NCBI GenBank assembly: GCA_002269645.1
Contig: NIVC01003564.1
Location: forward strand, 27,033 to 91,032
From: Macrostomum lignano
Lineage: Eukaryota
Direction of reading: 5' to 3'
Length of the DNA: 64,000 bases
Shown piece by piece: positions 12,056 to 22,600 of this stretch. Under the pieces are notes generated by a model. It did no database searches. It saw nothing but the letters and a program-made list of their open reading frames with translations, and was not told where the DNA came from. Made by a program: the position numbers and the translations under genes. Positions within the stretch are counted from its first letter, which is position 1. Every line of letters begins with the position of its first letter.

Positions 12056-12186
12056 AGGTGTATTTGGGTATGTGCAGGTGTACTGGGGCATGTGCAGGTG
12101 CATTGGGACATGTGCAGATGTATTGGGGCATGTGCAGGTGTATTGGGGCATGTGCAGATGTATTGGGGCATGTGCAGGTGCATTGG
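12056..12186. repeat. 20-nt minisatellite, array 2 (same family and orientation as 11004-11170)
   Basis: About 6 copies of TGTGCAGGTGTATTGGGGCA. Confidence 0.9.
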
Positions 12187-12391
12187 GTCTCCCCCAATGT
12201 GTCTCTGTGTTGGTTTTGCTTACAATACTGAGATGCTCAGCTCCATCACCCATCTGCCCAGATACGCAGGGGGTGGGCTGCCTGAGGCTGCTTGTTAAAT
12301 TTCGGAGCCCAGATGCTTGAGTGTCAGAGACTGTGTCCGTGCCTGAGCTGGATCAGGATGTCAGAAGCTGGATGTCAGGGAGGGGTTAGCT

Positions 12392-12511
12392 CCAGGGGCG
12401 CCAGCACCAGGGGCGCCAGCACCAGGGGCGCCAGCACCAGGGGCGCCAGCACCAGGGGCGCCAGCACCAGGGGCGCCAGCACCAGGGGCGCCAGCACCAG
12501 GGACGCCAGCA
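12392..12511. repeat. 15-nt minisatellite CCAGGGGCGCCAGCA x8
   Basis: Directly visible; only the last copy has a mismatch. Confidence 0.95.
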
Positions 12512-13653
12512 CATTTTCCAAACATAGTCTGAGTAGAGCATTCTGAGTAGAGTGAATTCAGAGTAGAGCATTTTTTCAGTGAGCAATCTCAAGCCCAATT
12601 GACAGCTCACTCCAACGCCGGCCCAGCAGACTGAAACAGGGCATAGCAGGACTCACCAATCGCCAGTTATGATTATGAACTCGCCAGTCTGCTGATGGAG
12701 CGGCAGGGTGCAGAGACTCGCAGGGCGCAGAGAAGGCGGAACTAAAAGCAGACAGGAGGCTCTGCAGCAAGCAAACACGGCAATTTAGATAAAAGGAAGA
12801 GGCAGAGAGGGCAGAAGCAGAGAGACTAAATAATGCAGCAGTGAGCTGGAGGGAAGGCTGGGAGAGAAAAGGGAACGTACGGAGCCGTCACTGAAAGTCA
12901 TTGCCGTACATCGGGAGGGCTGACAGCTCAAGTGCAGGAATCCCTACCCCTCGGACAAATGAGAAGAACTTGACTGCACATTGGCTGAAGTGGGGTCGCG
13001 CACATTGGAAAGCGGAACCTCTGCCCCACCACATAACAATGGATGGGCAGTAGACGTGGAAGGCCCAGGCGGCCCAAGCCGGTTCGTTTCCAAAGAGCAG
13101 CTTGTGAAGATTGGCGAAGGCAGCTCATTTTTGGTGTAGAGATCTCCGAAATACAGTTTAAGCAAACTACTAGAAGTAGTATGATAAAAATATGTAAAAA
13201 CAAAGTTCTAAATGCTAGCGCTCACACTCTAGTCTTGAAATATCACGAAAACAGTGAATGACCGTTTCGCAACATTTAATGTTGGAACTTCCAATATGGT
13301 AAATGATGCCCGAAGCTATTGTATTCACAAGAATCCTACTCAACTTTCAAAGGGTCAAATTCCTAAGGAATGAACCCGTCACCTCTGAGCGAAAAATCCG
13401 AGCTAAAATCTCCGACTCGGAGCAGCCTCAAGAGGGCTTGAGAACATCCAAGAACTACGAGGCTACATCTCTGAGAGAAGTAGATACCGTTCGGTAAGCC
13501 TTTGTTGGAGTCTTTGTTATCTGATTATTGAGAGCTTTGGTTTTGCCGGTCGTTACTGATCAGCTGATTTCTACAGAGTTTATCGAATTTGAGGCCTCCC
13601 TATTGCTAAGGGATTGGAAAGGATCTGCGGACCGATTCCGATACTCTTAGACG

Positions 13654-14438
13654 TCTATTGATTGGTTGGTTTTGGCACCCTAAGAGTAACCGATAGGGGC
13701 AGATGATCCTATTGATTGATTGGTTTTGGTACCCTAAGAGTAACCGATAGGGGCAGATGACTATTAATTTGGTTGGTTTTGGCACCCTAAGAGTAACCGA
13801 TAGGGGCAGATGACTATTGATTGGTTGGTTTTGGTACCCTAAGAGTAACCGATAGGGGCAGATGACTATTGATTGATTGGTTTTGGCACCCTAAGAGTAA
13901 CCGATAGGGGCATATGACTATTGATTGATTGGTTTTGGCACCCTAAGAGTAACCGATAGGGGCATATGACTATTGATTGATTGGTTTTGGCACCCTAAGA
14001 GTAACCGATAGGGGCAGATGACTATTGATTGATTGGTTTTGGCACCCTAAGAGTAACCGATAGGGGCATATGACTATTGATTGATTGGTTTTGGCACCCT
14101 AAGAGTAACCGATAGGGGCAGATGACTATTGATTGGTTGGTTTTGGCACCCTAAGAGTAACCGATAGGGGCAGATGACTATTGATTGGTTGGTTTTGGTA
14201 CCCTAAGAGTAACCGATAGGGGCAGATGACTATTGATTGGTTGGTTTTGGCACCCTAAGAGTAACCGATAGGGGCAGATGACTATTGATTGGTTGGTTTT
14301 GGCACCCTAAGAGTAACCGATAGGGGCAGATGACTATTGATTGGTTGGTTTTGGTACCCTAAGAGTAACCGATAGGGGCAGCTGACTATTGATTGGTTGG
14401 TTTTGGCACCCTAAGAGTAACCGATAGGGGCAGATGAC
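13654..14438. repeat. 52-nt minisatellite (about 15 copies) with an internal CCCTA-N11-TAGGG inverted repeat
   Basis: Unit CTATTGATTGGTTGGTTTTGGCACCCTAAGAGTAACCGATAGGGGCAGATGA; the 52-nt period was checked by position (13864 to 13916). Confidence 0.95.
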
Positions 14439-14957
14439 TCCGATTCCGTGATTTCTAGAAGACGCGCTTCCTGGAGGACCTCGTTATTGTTAAAGAGTTG
14501 ACTTCGTTCTTAGGGTCTTCGATTTTGATTATTGATTTCGAAGAATACACTAACGTCGGCGGATTGAATTGTTACGTTCACTAAGTGCTCTCACACTCGG
14601 CCCACTTCAGAATCCAAGAAACTCCGGAGGAATACTGCATTGAGGAGACGAGCTCTGCGGACCTGCCCGACAAAGAAGAGGAGCCCGCAAGAGTCACTGA
14701 TCACTGAATTCTGTTCCCAGGCTTGCGGTCTGGAAGTGGGAGTCCGTGCGTTTTGACACTAGACTTAATCGTCTCTCTCTCTCTTTCCCTCTCTCTAGTG
14801 TGCTAAAGCGAACTCTTCATTGGTTCGATCAAAATTATCAATAAGTTCGGAATAGCTGAAACTGAATTTGGCAACTGACATCTTCACAACTGGCACTAGT
14901 TTCATTGGAATCTGAGCACGAGTTCAGTTTTTATAGAATTATATGCATCATTTTCCC

Positions 14958-15608
14958 TCCTGCTCCTGCATTGCGGCCTGGCATTGGCGCCCTTTTCCTG
15001 CTGCCCCTGCATTGCGGCCTGGCATTGGCGCCCTTTTCCTGCTGCCCCTGCATTGCAGCCTGGCATTGGCGCCCTTTTCCTGCTGCCCCTGCATTGCGGC
15101 CTGGCATTGGCGCCCTTTTCCTGCTGCCCCTGCATTGCGGCCTGGCATTGGCGCCCTTTTCCTGCTGCCCCTGCATTGCGGCCTGGCATTGGCGCCCTTT
15201 TCCTGCTGCCCCTGCATTGCAGCCTGGCATTGGCGCCCTTTTCCTGCTGCCCCTGCATTGCGGCCTGGCATTGGCGCCCTTTTCCTGCTGCCCCTGCATT
15301 GCAGCCTGGCATTGGCGCCCTTTTCCTGCTGCCCCTGCATTGCGGCCTGGCATTGGCGCCCTTTTCCTGCTGCCCCTGCATTGCGGCCTGGCATTGGCGC
15401 CCTTTTCCTGCTGCCCCTGCATTGCGGCCTGGCATTGGCGCCCTTTTCCTGCTGCCCCTGCATTGCGGCCAGGCATTGGCGCCCTTTTCCTGCTGCCCCT
15501 GCATTGCAGCCTGGCATTGGCGCCCTTTTCCTGCTGCCCCTGCATTGCGGCCTGGCATTGGCGCCCTTTTCCTGCTGCCCCTGCATTGCGGCCAGGCATT
15601 GGCGCCCT
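14958..15608. repeat. 41-nt minisatellite (about 16 copies)
   Basis: Unit CCCTTTTCCTGCTGCCCCTGCATTGCGGCCTGGCATTGGCG; it explains the 41-aa periodic ORFs in all six frames. Confidence 0.95.
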
Positions 15609-16448
15609 TTGACAAAGGTGTTGCAAGAAAAAACATTTGAAGTACATTTTTCTTGCCTTGATCCGACATCTGGGTCCGCCTTGGCTGCTCCAGGACCTTA
15701 TCCTGCATTTCGAAGCCGGCAAGAATTTGTTCCGATGTCGCCAGCTTGGCCTCGTGCAGATCTGCCAGTCTGCCTTCCCAGACCCGGCCTCTCTTCAGTG
15801 ACGATTTCGTCCTGTCTTTTTGTGCTGTCCGAATGACTTTCCAGCTGCGGCATGAGCTCGGCTTCAGTAAGCGACTGGCGTTGAAGCTTTCTTAGAAATC
15901 GGTCTCTCTTCTCCGAAGCTGAAGCTGTTTTGCTTCAGAGCGCAGCGCTTCAGGTCCTTCAGATTTCGGTCTTCCTTGTGCAGGCGGCGGATGTGCGAGT
16001 TGACGGCCTCCCTGGTGGCCCGCCATGCACTGCAAATGCGGCACTGCTGGGAGGTCTGGGATGCCGCACTTGCGTGTGCGCTACAGTTGCTTCACAGTGA
16101 CATCAGTAGCCGGCTTCAACTCTCTGCGGCGATTTTTCAGATCCTCCATTTTTTAGCACTTTGGCCATCTTCGGACAGGCTGGCTGAGCCTCGATTGTGC
16201 GATCCCGACCGAGTCGTATGGGCAGATGTGGGACTCGCCTGCTCACTGCTTCTTGGGATCATCCTCCGCTGGCAAAGGGTTGTCCGGGGGGGGGTATTTT
16301 TGACTGGCGACACTTGCAGATACAACAGTTCAGAACAAATAACTATATGTATTCACTTTTTCGGCAAAGGTCGGATTCCAGCCAATAGAGAGCCCCACTA
16401 TAACAGAATTTTAAACAAAGCTTTTATCCTTCAGCCAGTAGTGACATG

Positions 16449-17107
16449 CGGAGAGGGAGAGGCGGGAGAGGGAGAGGCGGGAGAGGGAGAGGCGAGAGAG
16501 GGAGAGGCGAGAGAGGGTGAGGCGGGAGAGGGAGAGGCGGGAGAGGGAGAGGCGAGAGAGGGAGAGGCGGGAGAGGGAGAGGCGGGTGAGGGAGAGGCGG
16601 GAGAGGGAGAGGCGGGAGAGGGAGAGGCGGAGAGGGAGAGGCGGGAGAGGGAGAGGCGGGAGAGGGAGAGGCGGGAGAGGGAGAGGCGGGAGAGGGAGAG
16701 GCGGGAGAGGGAGAGGCGGGAGAGGGAGAGGCGGGAGAGGGAGAGTCGGGAGAGGTAGAGGCGGGAGAGGGAGAGGCGAGAGAGGGAGAGGCGAGAGAGG
16801 GTGAGGCGGGAGAGGGAGAGGCGGGAGAGGGAGAGTCGAGAGAGGGAGAGGCGGGAGAGGGAAAGACAGGAGAGGGAGAGGCGGGAGAGGGAGAGGCGGG
16901 AGAGGGAGAGGCGGGAGAGGGAAAGGCAGGAGATGGAGAGGCGGGAGAGGGAGAGGCGGGAGAGGGAGAGGCGGGAGAGGGAGAGGCGGGAGAGGGAGAG
17001 GCGGGAGAGGGAGAGGCGGGAGAGGGAGAGGCGGGAGAGGGAGAGGCGGGAGAGGGAGAGGCGGGAGAGGGAGAGGCGGGAGAGGGAGAGGCGTGAGAGG
17101 GAGAGGC
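16449..17107. repeat. 15-nt purine-rich minisatellite GGAGAGGGAGAGGCG (about 44 copies)
   Basis: Directly visible; source of the ERR- and PPL-rich ORFs. Confidence 0.95.
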
Positions 17108-17483
17108 ATCAGCATCGGTGCGGCAGTCAGCAGCTCTGATCTCCAGCTCGGCAGCAGGCAGTCAATTCCGTCAAGAAGGTGCACAGCCGCCTCCGTGTCA
17201 GCTGCAGCTGCCGCCACGAGCAGGCGGAATGCACTGCCGAAGCGGCTCTCGCTGTGGCACCCAGTGGCTGAGCATTGAATGCTGTTCGGCTTTGAGCTCC
17301 GAATAAAAGTTGGGTGGCGGATATGAGATTTTCATGAATAAGGCTCGTTGTTCATTGGTTCTAATTTCTGGTTGCGAATGATGCAGAAGAAAGAAGCTGG
17401 ATTGGAGAATTGTTCGGGTTTGAGCACTGCTTCTGAAAAGCATTCTCAGCTTTAGATTGAAGATGCGTTGCAATAGAGATATA

Positions 17484-17700
17484 GTTTCCTTAGCAACCGG
17501 ATGAGCTTGCTGATGTCCTTAGCAACCGGATAAGCTTGCTGATTTCCTTAGCAACCGGATGAGCTTGCTCATTTCCTTAGCAACCGGATGAGCTTAATGA
17601 ATGCCCTAGCAACTGGGCTTTCCCAGGAACACTCGTGGAAAATAGTTATAGTTTATGATCTAGACTATAACTAGAACCCCTTAGCAATCCCCTTAGCAAT
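17484..17700. repeat. 29-nt tandem repeat containing CCTTAGCAAC (X-box-like), followed by a 10-bp stem-loop
   Basis: Four to five units. GTTTCCTTAGCAAC at 17484-17497. TAGTTATAGT (17643-17652) and ACTATAACTA (17664-17673) form a perfect inverted repeat. Confidence 0.8.
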
Positions 17701-18561
17701 CAGTTTTGTTTTTTTCACAGCCACGATAAAAATTGAATGCCGAATTTGCTGGTTCTCTAATGAAGCTGGAGTTGATGAGGCTCTCAAAAAAATGGGATTC
17801 GATACTGACGGATTCAAAACCGGCAGTGCAGAGAGATCAGAATTCTAAATGAGTCGAGCACTCAACGCATGCCGGTTGGTGAGCATCTGAGCAGCTGCAG
17901 GCAGGCGACAGAGCCCACGTATTTTACAAGTTTTGTGCAGGTTACCATGGATTATGGGGAAATTTGCAGTTTTGTGTCCAATCGGCGTTTGCTGATTTGC
18001 AAACACCCCCTCCCCCCAAGTCAACCCCCCTCTGCACTGCACCCCTCCGCCGTGAGGTTCTTACTCAGCCTGCCTCACTCTTCTCCCCTTTTCGCACTGC
18101 ATGAGTTTTTTCGCTCGCACGGAGTGGCGCGAGTGCTGACTTGGCTGCAATTGCCGAGATTTCAATTGACCAAATGACTGCAAGGCAGCTTAGAGATCGT
18201 CTACGCGTACTGGGGCTGCCCAGTGGCCGTCGCAAGCGAGACTTCAACTGGAACGAGCCATTTTCCAATCATGCCAAGCGACATGGACGGTCAACAGCCA
18301 CTCACTCAGCACTGCAGCAGCGATGACGATGAGGAACCGCGCCGCAGGGCACCGACGATCTGAAGCTGCTTCCGGTTGATAGACGGAGAGCCCAGATCAC
18401 TGTGCTAGACAGACGGAGAAGCACAGATACAACGTATTTGAGAGCTGAGCGTATTTGAGCAAAGCAACTCAAACTACTGAAGTACAGATTGGGGAATTTT
18501 ATCATTTTTATCGCTTTCTGACCAGTACGAAAACAGCAATAATTGAAATAATTGGAGTGTA

Positions 18562-19398
18562 GCTGATGCTCATGTGGGAGCTGTCAGGCTGTCAGTCACT
18601 GAATGTTCATGAGGGAACTGTCAGTCACTGAATGCTCAAGAGTGAGCTGTCAGGCTGTCAGTCACTGAATGCTCATGAGTGAGCTGTCAGGCTGTCAGTC
18701 ACTGAATGCTCATGAGGGAACTGTCAGTCACTGAATGCTCATGAGGGAACTGTCAGTCACTGAATGCTCATGAGGGAACTGTCAGTCACTGAATGCTCAT
18801 GAGGGAACTGTCAGTCACTGAATGCTCATGAGTGAGCTGTCAGGCTGTCAGTCACTGAATGCTCATGAGGGAGCTGTCAGGCTGTCAGTCACTGAATGAG
18901 GGAGCTGTCAGGCTGTCAGTCACTGAATGCTCATGAGTGAGCTGTCAGGCTGTCAGTCACTGAATGCTCATGAGGGAGCTGTCAGGCTGTCAGTCACTGA
19001 ATGTTCATGAGGGAGCTGTCAGGCTGTCAGTCACTGAATGTTCATGAGGGAGCTGTCAGGCTGTCAGTCACTGAATGCTCATGTGGGAGCTGTCAGGCTG
19101 TCAGTCACTGAATGCTCATGAGTGAGCTGTCAGGCTGTCAGTCACTGAATGCTCATGAGGGAGCTGTCAGGCTGTCAGTCACTGAATGTTCATGAGGGAG
19201 CTGTCAGGCTGTCAGTCACTGAATGTTCATGAGGGAGCTGTCAGGCTGTCAGTCACTGAATGCTCATGTGGGAGCTGTCAGGCTGTCAGTCACTGAATGC
19301 TCATGAGGGAGCTGTCAGGCTGTCAGTCACTGAATGCTCATGAGGGAGCTGTCAGGCTGTCAGTCACTGAATGCTCATGAGGGAGCTGTCAGGCTGTC
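18562..19398. repeat. 37-nt/28-nt mixed minisatellite downstream of cGLR copy 2
   Basis: Unit GAGCTGTCAGGCTGTCAGTCACTGAATGCTCATGAGG, with a variant lacking 9 nt; roughly 24 units. Confidence 0.95.
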
Positions 19399-19696
19399 AA
19401 AAGTACCTATAAAATATCTAGCTATCTATTCTAAAAAGCATTGGCAATTGGGCATTGAAGTCCGCAGAACAAAATCGCAGAGAAAAGCCCGCATCAAAGC
19501 AGACACGCAGTTTGAACAGAAAAAGCAATTCAGCATGCAGTGCGAACTGAATTGCAGCACAAGTGTACATGAACTGGAGTTCATAGCAGAAGGGCTGCTC
19601 GCACTCGATGGCTGAAAAGGAAGGAAAATATAAAGACAATTTACAGCAAAACGGTAAAAGTACACAGTTTTTGTCTGAAATTCGAGTCCAGAAAAA

Positions 19697-22600
19697 TTAA
19701 TAAATCTGAGTAAGGAAGTCCTCAGGTCCCTGCAGTCTCATTCGAATAAGCTTGGCGTGAATCCAGCTGTCTCTCTGCTCTGCTGCTGTTTCCATGGCAA
19801 CGAGGCGACCCAAGTCGGCCCCGTCTCGCCGCAGCCTCGCCCTAGCCCACAGCCTCCGCTCCTCATCTTCCATGCTGCGGTGAGCGCCGCTGTCGCTGCC
19901 GCTGCGGTTCGAAACTCGCCACCGCTTCTGCCTGACCCAGCCGATCTTCTCCTCGTCCTGCGTCTCCATGGCGACGCGTCTCTCTTTCTCGATCATCTCC
20001 ATCTGCTGCAGGCTGAGCTCCACGTGCTCGCGGCAGTCGCTGTAGTGAGCCAGAGTGAGCAGCTCCTCCAAGTCCGGGTCTCCAAGCAGCTGTTCAATCC
20101 AATGATCGAATGCGATTGCAGGTGCGCGATTGCGGAGCAGCTCAGCTTGGAGACTCCAGCTCAGGCAGCGGAAGTTCACGTACAGGTGGGAGGAGAGAGG
20201 CTGCGACAGTCTGGCTGTGAACAGAGTCTGCGTGAACTCGGGAAGGAATGGGAAGCGAGGCGGAGAGTCGCAGGGGAGGCAGAACCTCCACGCCCAGTCT
20301 GAGTATTCTGGCAGTTTTATATCACTCAAACTCCATTTGCGACTCTCATCTCGAATATCCTGCGGCTTCAACCCTGACTCAAGCTGATGTCTCTGCAGCT
20401 CCATCGCGAGTCTCTCAGCCTCCTCAGATTCTCCGAACTTCAAATGCGTCATGGCGTCATGCACAGGGCGGCGCACTTGCACCACTGCTGCTCATGCAGG
20501 AGACTGAGCTGCCTCATCCGGGTGTTTCTGTCGCTCGATTCCGACTGCAGCTCGCTCACACACTCGTGCACCACACTGTACACATCTGCGAACTTGTAGT
20601 ACTTTTTGGGACATTCACTTCTTTCCCGGATCTTCGTGACAGCAGGCGGCGCTGTTAAAGGCAGCAGAGTGAACGGGTGAAAGTAGAACTTTTCTGACTG
20701 CAGAGGTCTCACGTGTGTTCTCAGCTGCTCGACCACTCTGTCAATGTCGCTTCTCAGCTCACGAAGTCGGTCTCGAACCCTCGACTTCGTGTTGTCGAAG
20801 TCGCCGCCGATTCCAGCGTTCTTGAAGTAGAGCGGAGCGTCGGGCATGAAGAAGTGCGGCATGCACTCATTGGGCGACCTCCTTGACCTCATAAATTTAA
20901 GCATCATGTCGAGCGACTCCTTGAGCAGAGCGATCAGATTGTGGGGCTGCCAAGCCTCAGTTTCAGGACTTTTGCCATACCTCTCCAGCATTGCGAAGAG
21001 CAGAGTCTTTGCATGGTAGGTCTTGAGTCCAGGTGTGTCCAGAGTGAGCGGCAAGTGTCTCTTGAAGATGAACTTGATGAGTGTGAACAGCTGGCCCTGG
21101 ACTGTGCTCAGCCGTCTCATGATGTCTTTCTCTTGGAAGCTGAAGCTCACTCTGAGCTCGTTGGTCGAGCTCGGTCTGGTCGCGCGAACGAGGTGAACAC
21201 AATTATCGTTTTTAATTAGTTTTCTAACTCTGCCTACACAGAAGCTGCTGCAGCAGTGAATCGCATGGCACGTGTCCTGTGCAGGCCGCACACCGCACGC
21301 CGTGGCTGTCACAGCAGGTTGGCTGCCTGTAGAGCGCAGTGAGCGGAGAGTGGCAGTGTGGCGAGTGAACAAGATGGATTGGTTTGCAACTGCTTGAATG
21401 TGTTGGTTGAGTTCGTGTGTCAGTGCTACTACTGCAATCAGTGAATGAAGCAAAGTATTCGTTGAAATGCATGCAGGCGCACCGCTATGGAGTTGATGAT
21501 GGGCGGAGAAAGAGAAAATTATTTTAGGGCAAAGAGAAAGCAAGGCATTGCTTCATAATTGTTTAATAACCTCTGAGGTGGTGAGGCAGTGCAATTGCTG
21601 GGACTTTAGTTGAGTTATTGCTTGCCAGAAATTTTATTCAAAGCGAAATGAGTCCTGAAAGGAATGTCAGCCAGGTCTCAAACTCAGGTTGAACTTGTGA
21701 GCTCTGAAGTTCAGGTATCGAATAAAAAATTCAGCAAAGTTGACGGGGGCTTGGATTGGGGATTGCGGCATTGTGATGATGAGCGCAGCGTCACTGACCT
21801 GCTCCGACTGCCACTTGTGCGTGGCCCTCCTTGACCTTGAGCGGAGTGTCGTAGCCGCAGGAACCTTTTCTGTCGCAGCCACCTTCCAGATGGAACATTT
21901 GCCCAGCAACCAGCACAGTCCAGTCAATGTCGGAGTCTGCAGCTGTCCTGCCGTTGACTTGCACCAGACTGTTTGCCCAGCCCTCTGCGTAGCTGCCGGT
22001 CATTCGCCTGTGATCCTGTGTGAGGACTCGAGCGACTTCTTGTAGCCAGTCAGCCAGGTTTTGCTGACACTTTGCTCTCTGCTGGGTGAATCCTGCATCG
22101 CTGAGCAGTTGATGCAGCTCTTTGTCAGAGAGTCTGGAAGGATAGCGTGGTGGGTGGGAGAGGTGAGAGTGCATATTTGCAGAGTGGGCCAAGGAGAATG
22201 AGACTCACATTGAGCGGCTTTGAGCGGTTGTGTGGGTGTGCTGTTGTTTTCTGGAATGTGTGAATGAAAGCGAGGTGAGGAATTGAAGTGATAGGAAGTG
22301 GAATGGCAATTAATGGGAACTGACTCGGTGGGATTCAGCAGGCGGAGCACCTGCCGCTGGTCGAATCTTTGTGCGAGTTGCGCACAGGTGAGGCCGTGAT
22401 TGTCTCGATGGTTGGCATCCGCTCCTGCATCCATCAGAGCCTTGGCTGCTCGCACGTGACCGGCTTCGCACGCTCGTGACAGAGCAGTCCGACCCTGACT
22501 GTCTTCAGCACGCACTGACGCACCGAGATCGATGAGTTTCTCAATGAGCTCGTGATGACCTGCATCAGCTGCCAGCATGAGAGCAGTGGCTCCAGTGCTG

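Noticed and set aside
13654-14438. CRISPR-like appearance (palindromic repeat, regular period)
   Set aside because: No unique spacers, no cas genes, eukaryotic context; it is a plain tandem repeat.
13280-14840. Solo LTR (TG...CA)
   Set aside because: No matching TSD, PBS or second copy found.
14902-15836. Six overlapping ORFs of 210-300 aa
   Set aside because: A stop-free 41-nt minisatellite read in all frames.
15610-16150. Minus-strand coding-like segment resembling a LINE endonuclease-RT linker (SCRSWKVIR...)
   Set aside because: No diagnostic motif and several stops; too weak to call without a search.
16411-17217. Pro/Leu-rich and Glu/Arg-rich ORFs
   Set aside because: Translations of the 15-nt purine repeat.
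19787-19802. Perfect X-box GTTTCCATGGCAAC inside cGLR copy 2
   Set aside because: It encodes the twice-occurring VAMET peptide; a single coding hit is not evidence of regulation.
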